Source: Lachnospiraceae bacterium
GTDB lineage: Bacteria > Bacillota > Clostridia > Lachnospirales > Lachnospiraceae
Assembly: GCA_017523785.1 (NCBI GenBank)
Contig: JAFWVX010000025.1
Location: 9,255-73,254, forward strand
Length of the DNA stretch: 64,000 nt
Direction: 5' to 3'
Part shown: positions 9,550 through 15,081 of the stretch, piece by piece
How the letters are laid out: every line of letters begins with the position of its first letter
How positions within the stretch are numbered: position 1 is the first letter of the stretch
Made by a program: the position numbers and the translations under genes
The notes under the pieces: generated by a model
Told to the model about the DNA's origin: nothing
Databases searched by the model: none
The model's input: only the letters and a program-made list of their open reading frames with translations

Positions 9550-10155
9550 ATGATAAACATAAAAATTAAAAATAGAATAATATTATTATTTATCACAGCT
9601 GTGCTTTTGTTTGCTTGCGATAGTAAGATTAAAAAGATTAACATTCACGGCACTTATAAAGGAACGGGAATGATGGGCTACGAGGCGGTTGTGGATGCGG
9701 GGACTATTACCATTTACTCTACAAGTTTTTTTGAGAAATCAGTTTACTGGTATGGGACTTGCAACTCTTATGAATTGGATTCAAATAATAAACTAATCTC
9801 TAAAAAACTTGATACTGGAAGAAGCAATAGTTGGTTCTCTTTTGATTTTGGAATGGATAGAAGCGGTGTGACTGAAAAAGAGATTTTATTTACTGACAAC
9901 TCTTTGACCTTCATCTATGATATGAGTGGCATGGCGATAAGTCAGGTGACTTTATATAAAGAAGGTAGCGAAAAGAAGCATAACGAATATGATTCAAATG
10001 CCGAGAAGGCTGACCCAAATTATGTTGAGCCAAGTAAGCCACTACCTCATGAAATTCCAAGAGGTCAAGAGGCGCCAACGACTGAGGCACCTACCGAAAA
10101 GCCAACCGAGAACCCAAATGTCACAGTGCCGGAGGGGAATAACTACTCTTTATAG
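9550..10155 (+). CDS. Lipoprotein with Pro/Thr/Glu-rich tail
   Basis: Signal peptide ending in the lipobox LLFAC and a low-complexity C-terminus (APTTEAPTEKPTENP). Confidence 0.7.
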   Translation: MINIKIKNRIILLFITAVLLFACDSKIKKINIHGTYKGTGMMGYEAVVDAGTITIYSTSFFEKSVYWYGTCNSYELDSNNKLISKKLDTGRSNSWFSFDFGMDRSGVTEKEILFTDNSLTFIYDMSGMAISQVTLYKEGSEKKHNEYDSNAEKADPNYVEPSKPLPHEIPRGQEAPTTEAPTEKPTENPNVTVPEGNNYSL

Positions 10156-10156
10156 G

Positions 10157-10217
10157 TTTTTAAAGTACACTTTAAAAAAATGAAAATTTTTAAGTTTTTA
10201 AAGTTAACTTTAAAAAC
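10157..10217. repeat. Two all-A/T palindromes
   Basis: TTTTTAAAGT-AC-ACTTTAAAAA (10157-10178) and the perfect 24-nt palindrome GTTTTTAAAGTTAACTTTAAAAAC (10194-10217). Confidence 0.7.
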
Positions 10218-10225
10218 TTGAAAAA

Positions 10226-10262
10226 ATAGGACTGACTAAATATCAAGGCCAGTCCTATTTTT
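10226..10262 (+). terminator. Intrinsic terminator
   Basis: ATAGGACTG (10226-10234) pairs with CAGTCCTAT (10250-10258), followed by a T-run. Confidence 0.7.
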
Positions 10263-10266
10263 ATGG

Positions 10267-10291
10267 AAAAAGTGGTGAAAGCCACTTTTTT
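10267..10291. terminator. Second, bidirectional hairpin terminator
   Basis: AAAAGTGG-TGAAAG-CCACTTTTTT, with an A-run before the hairpin and a T-run after it. Confidence 0.6.
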
Positions 10292-10292
10292 G

Positions 10293-10321
10293 TTGCGCAA
10301 AAATAGTTAATGTGGCATAAT
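10293..10321 (+). promoter_or_regulatory. Extended -10 promoter of the structured RNA
   Basis: TTGCGC (10293-10298), 17-nt spacer ending in TGg, CATAAT (10316-10321). Confidence 0.6.
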
Positions 10322-10325
10322 AGTA

Positions 10326-10526
10326 GTTGCGACATCAACTAAATATTATTATGGGGAAACTATGCCTAAATATAGTTTCTCTATCAACGAAATATCTCAC
10401 AAGAACTCATTTTTATAATGGTAAAAATGTGAGTTCTTGAACTAAAATCTTGTGAGATAGTTTAGTTGGTGTCGCAACCTGAGAGCTCGCAATTTTCAGT
10501 CGTAGCTTTCGGGCTGCGGCTTTTTT
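10326..10526 (+). ncRNA. Unclassified ~200-nt structured RNA (three-way junction) ending in an intrinsic terminator
   Basis: P1 is 19 bp: 10326-10344 with 10460-10478 (17 Watson-Crick pairs plus 2 GU). P2 is the hairpin 10356-10363/10372-10379. P3 is 10393-10399/10453-10459 and encloses the long hairpin 10400-10409/10430-10439. The terminator is GTCGTAGC-TTTCGG-GCTGCGGC plus T6 (10499-10526). Confidence 0.55.
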
Positions 10527-10558
10527 AGTTTTAAAAAATATTAAGGAGGAGGAACTTC

Positions 10559-10735
10559 ATGAGTAGGAGTTTATATAATTCACATGTAAGAAAAATAACA
10601 AAAATGAGTGACGGAACATATTTTTCACAAAGATATTCTGTTGGGTTTTATCTTTTTTTAGAATTATGCAAATTGTTTTTTAAATTATTATTCTTTTGGA
10701 TTTATATTCCATACAAGCTTTTGTCTAAAAAATGA
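10559..10735 (+). CDS. 58-aa small protein with hydrophobic C-terminal helix (below the ORF-track cutoff)
   Basis: Strong SD AAGGAGGAGG (10543-10552) lies 6 nt before the ATG. Product: MSRSLYNSHVRKITKMSDGTYFSQRYSVGFYLFLELCKLFFKLLFFWIYIPYKLLSKK. Confidence 0.5.
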   Translation: MSRSLYNSHVRKITKMSDGTYFSQRYSVGFYLFLELCKLFFKLLFFWIYIPYKLLSKK

Positions 10736-10827
10736 TATATCTTATCTTATTTAAATATTAAGAAAATAATTAAATTAAGAAAATTATAGTCAACTATAAT
10801 AATATGATATTTTGTTGGATGTGACAA

Positions 10828-11073
10828 ATGAAAAAAATTAAAAAGACGATTATCGTTGCAAATGACTCAAGAAAATCTGGTGTATCCGTAGTAGGGAGAG
10901 CTGCAATTGGAGCAATAGTTTTAGGTCCAATAGGATTATTAGCAGGGGCGACAGGTAAAAACAAACAGACAACAACTTTTCAAATCATTTATGAAGATAG
11001 CACACAAGAGACAAAAGTTGTGAACAACAATTCTAAAGAATTTAAGGAGTATTGTAAATATTTATATGAATAA
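10828..11073 (+). CDS. Small protein with Gly-zipper-like hydrophobic segment
   Basis: 81-aa ORF containing GRAAIGAIVLGPIGLLAGATG. Overlaps the next gene by 8 nt. Confidence 0.55.
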   Translation: MKKIKKTIIVANDSRKSGVSVVGRAAIGAIVLGPIGLLAGATGKNKQTTTFQIIYEDSTQETKVVNNNSKEFKEYCKYLYE

Positions 11074-11869
11074 ACAAAAAGTTATATTATTTATTACGTT
11101 AATTGCAATATTTATGAGCACTAAGTTATACGCTGGTAAGTGGGAACAAGATGAGTTTGGGTGGAAGTACCAAAATGATGATGGGACATACCAAAATGCG
11201 GGGTGGTTTAAAGATGAAGATAACAAGTTTTATTATTTTACTGCATTTGGATATGCAATGACAAACACAGTTACACCAGATGGTGCTTTAGTTGGTGCTG
11301 ACGGAGCATGGATGTTCGATTATAACTTGGCAAGTTTATTGACCGAAACTGAGGACAAACCAAATTATAAAATTGTGGCAGAAGGTTTTAAAACATATTA
11401 TGCAGGAACCGATTTTCCGGCAGGTGACTATATGTTGTTTGTACATCATGAAAACAATACACTTGGGACGGGGTATTATAATTTGGGCAACAAAAAACCA
11501 ATACAAGACATTATTCCATTCGAGCATAGATTTACATATAACTCTATAGTAAGAATTTATGATTATGAGTTTATTAATCTTGTGAACTGTGAGATGATAC
11601 CTATTTCGTTAGTGCAACGACTTAATTATAATAAAGCAAATATGTATTGGGGAGGTTATAATTTAGCACCCGGGCAATATATGGTTGAAACAATTGATAA
11701 ATCAAAAAATGGAGCTATTACATATTTGTCAATACCAAGAGATAATGGCTATCATACAAAATCAGACACACCAGGATGGATAGAAGATGTAAAGTTTAGA
11801 CAATATGGTATTTTGAATGTTCAAGCTGGCCAATATATTAAGTTATATAATTGTAGAATAGTAAAATAA
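11066..11869 (+). CDS. Secreted protein with cell-wall-binding (CW_binding_1-like) repeat
   Basis: Signal peptide, then GWKYQNDDGTYQNAGWFKDEDNKFYYFTAFGYAMTN, which is typical of choline-binding/glucan-binding repeats. Confidence 0.7.
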   Translation: MNKQKVILFITLIAIFMSTKLYAGKWEQDEFGWKYQNDDGTYQNAGWFKDEDNKFYYFTAFGYAMTNTVTPDGALVGADGAWMFDYNLASLLTETEDKPNYKIVAEGFKTYYAGTDFPAGDYMLFVHHENNTLGTGYYNLGNKKPIQDIIPFEHRFTYNSIVRIYDYEFINLVNCEMIPISLVQRLNYNKANMYWGGYNLAPGQYMVETIDKSKNGAITYLSIPRDNGYHTKSDTPGWIEDVKFRQYGILNVQAGQYIKLYNCRIVK

Positions 11870-11893
11870 TTTTAATATTGGGAGAAATTGAAT

Positions 11894-12343
11894 ATGTTCA
11901 ATAGAAAGGATTTAATTTATATATTATGCTACAGTATAATATTGTTATTTGGATGCAATAAACAAAAAGATGTGTTACATGAAAAAAGCGCGTTATTAGT
12001 CGAAAATAAAATGAAAGAAGTTGCACAAGAAGAAGAAAATTTGAAAGAGTATGCAACAGACAAAAAAGAAGTGTTAGAAAAAATAGGAATAGACTTAGAA
12101 AAATTATTGACTGAAGATATATTATTAAAATATGGTGAAATTGGTAAGTATGGAAAAGAAGAGATATATGATGGCGAAAAATATATAAGTTATTATATAC
12201 CGGCAGGGGAGTATACTGTTACAAATATGTCATATAAGTTGTCTTGTGTTTTTATAGAATCAAATAGAATGTATAAAAATAATGACGGGTATTGGGATAA
12301 TGATATTATTAAAAGTATTTGTTTAAAGAAAATGAATGAATAA
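11894..12343 (+). CDS. Lipoprotein, unknown function
   Basis: GGGAG lies 8 nt before the ATG at 11894. Lipobox LLFGC. Confidence 0.65.
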   Translation: MFNRKDLIYILCYSIILLFGCNKQKDVLHEKSALLVENKMKEVAQEEENLKEYATDKKEVLEKIGIDLEKLLTEDILLKYGEIGKYGKEEIYDGEKYISYYIPAGEYTVTNMSYKLSCVFIESNRMYKNNDGYWDNDIIKSICLKKMNE

Positions 12344-12359
12344 CAAATATTTGTCATAG

Positions 12360-12725
12360 GGGAGGATATGCATATTTCGTTGTCAATGAATTCACATGTA
12401 AAATTTTGTAATACTGGTAAGATAATAGAATAAATTGATGGAGGTCGGATTCTAGAGAAGAGACTCTAAAAGATGTTATAACCAAACTTTAACCATATTT
12501 ATTTAAAAGAGTGACAGGGCTTTTGGTTAAAGATTTTGAACTTCTTGTATCACTCGGATTATTTAAAGAAGGCATAATGAATGAAGCAGTATATAAATTT
12601 AGAAGATATGAAGATTCAAGTCTGTCTATACTGGCATAGATAGACATATCAATGAAAAGGTTGGGCTATATTCTACAGTGCTTACTAGGAAAGAGTATGA
12701 GATGATAGTTAATCAAGACTAAAGT
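12360..12725 (+). pseudogene. Decayed gene remnants (frame-shifted fragments)
   Basis: Only short open pieces in different frames, e.g. ...KDFELLVSLGLFKEGIMNEAVYKFRRYEDSS... then RFKSVYTGIDRHINEKVGLYSTVLTRKEYEMIVNQD. A terminator hairpin follows at ~12729-12757. The family was not recognised. Confidence 0.3.
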
Positions 12726-12795
12726 AAAAAACAAGTCGCCTTCGCAGGTGGCTTTTTATTGTAAAGACTCGACTTTATCTGTTCGATATACGAAA

Positions 12796-12824
12796 TTGAC
12801 AAATCCTATTAAATAGGATATAAT
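12796..12824 (+). promoter_or_regulatory. Consensus promoter with operator palindrome in the spacer (TA autoregulation type)
   Basis: TTGACA (12796-12801), 17-nt spacer, TATAAT (12819-12824). The spacer holds ATCCTAT-TAA-ATAGGAT (12803-12819). The ATG at 12832 is only 7 nt past the -10 element and has no SD. Confidence 0.65.
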
Positions 12825-12831
12825 ATAATAT

Positions 12832-13179
12832 ATGTTTAGCGAGTTTGTACAAACAAAAATATTTACAAAAAAATGGGATACATTAGGTTACAATGATGAT
12901 GATTTAAGACTCTTAGAAATTGATTTGTTAGAAAAAGGTGATAAGTATCCTGTTATCAAAGGAACTGGCGGATTAAGAAAATGTAGGTTGAAATTACAAA
13001 ATAAAGGGAAAAGTGGTGGCAGCAGAGTTTTATTTGTGAATTTTGTTAAACTCGAAACTATATATTTGATAATGGTGTATAGTAAAAATGAGCAAGAAGA
13101 TATTTCAGAAGAAGATAAAAAAGATTTTAAGAAGTTAATTATTGAATTAGAAGAAGAGGTAAAGAAAAAACATGAGTAA
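12832..13179 (+). CDS. RelE/HigB-type toxin (DUF1044/PF06296-like)
   Basis: Motif GTGGLRKCRL....GKSGGSRVLF...IYLIMVYSKNEQEDIS. The toxin-first gene order is typical of HigBA. Confidence 0.85.
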   Translation: MFSEFVQTKIFTKKWDTLGYNDDDLRLLEIDLLEKGDKYPVIKGTGGLRKCRLKLQNKGKSGGSRVLFVNFVKLETIYLIMVYSKNEQEDISEEDKKDFKKLIIELEEEVKKKHE

Positions 13180-13483
13180 GATGGGTGAAGAAATAAAACA
13201 AGGGCTTAGAGAAGCAATTGAAGATGCAAAAAAGCATAACTTAAAAAGGAACTATATTTATATTGAGCCAGTAAAAAAATATACGCCTAAAGAAGTTAAA
13301 CAAATTCGAAATAAAGTTGGATTAACACAAAAACTATTTGCGAGTTTCTTAGGGGTTTCTAATAAGACTATAGAGGCATGGGAAGAAGGTATAAATACAC
13401 CATCTGGTGCTGCAAGTAGAATGCTAACTATAATTGAAAAAGATAAAAATGCACTAAAGAATTATCCATTTGTCGTAGCTTAA
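13172..13483 (+). CDS. XRE-family HTH antitoxin (HigA/MqsA-like)
   Basis: GLTQKLFASFLGVSNKTIEAWEEGINTPSGAASRML. Overlaps the toxin stop by 8 nt. Confidence 0.85.
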   Translation: MSKMGEEIKQGLREAIEDAKKHNLKRNYIYIEPVKKYTPKEVKQIRNKVGLTQKLFASFLGVSNKTIEAWEEGINTPSGAASRMLTIIEKDKNALKNYPFVVA

Positions 13484-13527
13484 GTATAATATATAAATTA
13501 AGAAAAGTAATGAACAATAGAAAATAG

Positions 13528-13555
13528 GAAGAACAGAGTTTAGTTCTTCTTTTTT
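13528..13555 (+). terminator. Intrinsic terminator after the TA pair
   Basis: GAAGAAC-loop-GTTCTTC followed by T6. Confidence 0.7.
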
Positions 13556-13615
13556 ATTTATGACCTATATGATATAATGATAAAAAAAGTTTTGAGAAAG
13601 GAGAAAACAGTTAAT

Positions 13616-14047
13616 ATGATTTGCTTGACACCGTATAAAGAACTAAATAGTGGGGAAGAAAGTATTTTTGACCATGTTAAAGAAGGATACAAAGTTCCTG
13701 ATAAAGTGATAGCATATCTAAGAACAAGAAAACCATTTATGATGAGTCCAGGTATTTACAATCATCCATTTAAAAAAGATAAAAGTATGACAGGACCATA
13801 CTTATATACAGATGATATTTATTTCTGGGATAGAGATACTTGGAAATATGTAGTTAAATATGGATTAGAATTACCACAAGAATTTATTGACCATGTTATG
13901 TCAGAAGCAGGAACAGAATTTATAGATAAGCAAATTGAAGAGAATGAGTCGTGGTCAAAAGTTTTAGAAGAGTGGAAAGAGAATAGAAAGAATATTTTTG
14001 TATTGATGGATCCTAACGAAGATGATGATTCGATAGAAGATTTTTAA
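13616..14047 (+). CDS. Hypothetical 143-aa protein
   Basis: AAGGAG lies 9 nt before the ATG at 13616, inside the listed 13577 ORF. No motif was recognised. Confidence 0.6.
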   Translation: MICLTPYKELNSGEESIFDHVKEGYKVPDKVIAYLRTRKPFMMSPGIYNHPFKKDKSMTGPYLYTDDIYFWDRDTWKYVVKYGLELPQEFIDHVMSEAGTEFIDKQIEENESWSKVLEEWKENRKNIFVLMDPNEDDDSIEDF

Positions 14048-14195
14048 GTTTATTTCTGATTGAATCAAATACTTCTTCATGAGTGTATCTAGTAGGATTA
14101 TTTTTAGCATCAAAATCAGCAGCATCAAGAGCATCCTCAATATCTGCAAATTTGTCCTTAAAGTCTAAAACAGGTTTTGTTCGAATCATAAACAT
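14013..14195 (-). CDS. Small 60-aa acidic protein, possible orphan antitoxin-like gene
   Basis: Minus-strand promoter TTGTAT-16-TGgTATAAT (-35 at 14245-14250). AAGGG SD precedes ATG(M18) at 14195. Overlaps the convergent 13616..14047 gene by 35 nt. The functional call is speculative. Confidence 0.35.
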   Translation of the reverse strand: MFMIRTKPVLDFKDKFADIEDALDAADFDAKNNPTRYTHEEVFDSIRNKLKNLLSNHHLR

Positions 14196-14271
14196 TATTA
14201 CCCTTATCATTATTTTATTATAATTATACCAAAAATATGGAAGCATACAAAATTTATATTGTATACTTCCG

Positions 14272-14328
14272 TAAAATTACTTGAAAAAACTGCACATTTA
14301 CGCATAAAATTACTTGAAAAAACTGCAC
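14272..14328. repeat. 24-nt direct repeat x2 at 33-bp period
   Basis: TAAAATTACTTGAAAAAACTGCAC occurs at 14272-14295 and again at 14305-14328. Confidence 0.85.
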
Positions 14329-14336
14329 TTTTGACA

Positions 14337-14360
14337 AAATCCCCATAAATGGGGATTTTT
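14337..14360. terminator. Bidirectional hairpin terminator
   Basis: AAAATCCCC-ATAAAT-GGGGATTTT. Confidence 0.7.
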
Positions 14361-14395
14361 GTTTAGGAAAAAGTACACAAAAAGTTCATAAATAA

Positions 14396-14422
14396 TTAGC
14401 ACTCAACACTTGACAGTGCTAA
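14396..14422. promoter_or_regulatory. CIRCE (HrcA operator)
   Basis: TTAGCACTC-N9-CAGTGCTAA, against the consensus TTAGCACTC-N9-GAGTGCTAA (one mismatch). Confidence 0.8.
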
Positions 14423-14438
14423 CAATTTATGCTATAAT
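14410..14438 (+). promoter_or_regulatory. Consensus sigma-A promoter of hsp20 embedded in CIRCE
   Basis: TTGACA (14410-14415), 17-nt spacer, TATAAT (14433-14438). Confidence 0.75.
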
Positions 14439-14525
14439 GTCGTCAGAACAAAGGAAAAGAGAAGATGATCGAATCTAAACACTCCATTCTTTGCTCCAAT
14501 ATAAAGGAATAAGGAGGAAAAGATT

Positions 14526-14975
14526 ATGTTATTACCTAGTATTTTTGGAGAAAACTTACTTGACGATTTTATGGACTTTGGAAAAATGAGAGATTTTGAG
14601 GACATTGACAGAAAGTTGTATGGAAAGAGAGCATCAAGGGTTATGAAAACGGATGTTCGCGAACACGAGGGAAGTTACGAACTAGCTGTTGACCTTCCTG
14701 GATTTAAGAAAGATGAGATTAATATCACATTAAATGATGGCTACATTACTATTGCAGCAGCAAAAGGACTTGATAAGGACGAGAAAGACCATAAGGGCAG
14801 GATTATTCGCCAGGAGAGATATGCAGGTTCTATGCAAAGAAGTTTCTTTGTAGGTGACAATCTCAAAGAAGAAGACATTAAAGCAAAATTTGAAAATGGA
14901 CTTCTAAAACTCGACATACCAAAGGTTGATGCAAAGAAAATTCCAGAAAAGAAAACCATAATGATAGAAGGTTAA
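14526..14975 (+). CDS. Hsp20/alpha-crystallin small heat-shock protein
   Basis: Alpha-crystallin domain pattern (MKTDVRE..YELAVDLPGFKKDEI...GLLKLDIPK). AAGGAGG SD. Confidence 0.9.
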   Translation: MLLPSIFGENLLDDFMDFGKMRDFEDIDRKLYGKRASRVMKTDVREHEGSYELAVDLPGFKKDEINITLNDGYITIAAAKGLDKDEKDHKGRIIRQERYAGSMQRSFFVGDNLKEEDIKAKFENGLLKLDIPKVDAKKIPEKKTIMIEG

Positions 14976-14987
14976 TCCACTAAAAAA

Positions 14988-15015
14988 GACTCGGAGACAA
15001 ACTCCGGGTCTTTTT
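14988..15015 (+). terminator. Intrinsic terminator of hsp20
   Basis: GACTCGGAG-ACAAA-CTCCGGGTC followed by T5. Confidence 0.7.
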
Positions 15016-15081
15016 AATTATTGAAAACTTGTAGAAAAAAAATCAATAAAATATGAAAAAGTTATATGATTATGAAAAAAT

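Noticed and set aside
9989-10183. Listed 64-aa alternative-frame ORF at the end of the lipoprotein gene
   Set aside because: It is embedded out of frame in the Pro/Thr/Glu-rich tail of the better-supported 9550..10155 gene and has no SD.
10326-10526. Assigning the structured RNA to a known class (T-box, 6S, SRP RNA, TPP or c-di-AMP riboswitch, retron msr/msd)
   Set aside because: There is no T-box 14-mer (GGUGGNACC) and no SRP domain IV GGAA/AGCA motif. The internal loop is one-sided, unlike the 6S bubble. Only a stray CUGAGA is present, without the TPP ACCUGAUCUGG box. There are no ydaO ACGGGG/CCCGAA motifs and no reverse transcriptase nearby. It is left unclassified.
14272-14328. Direct repeats at 14.3 kb and 32.4 kb as a CRISPR array
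   Set aside because: There are only 2-3 copies, and the spacers are 9-21 nt and partly similar to each other. The repeats are A/T-rich and non-palindromic, and there are no cas genes in the window.
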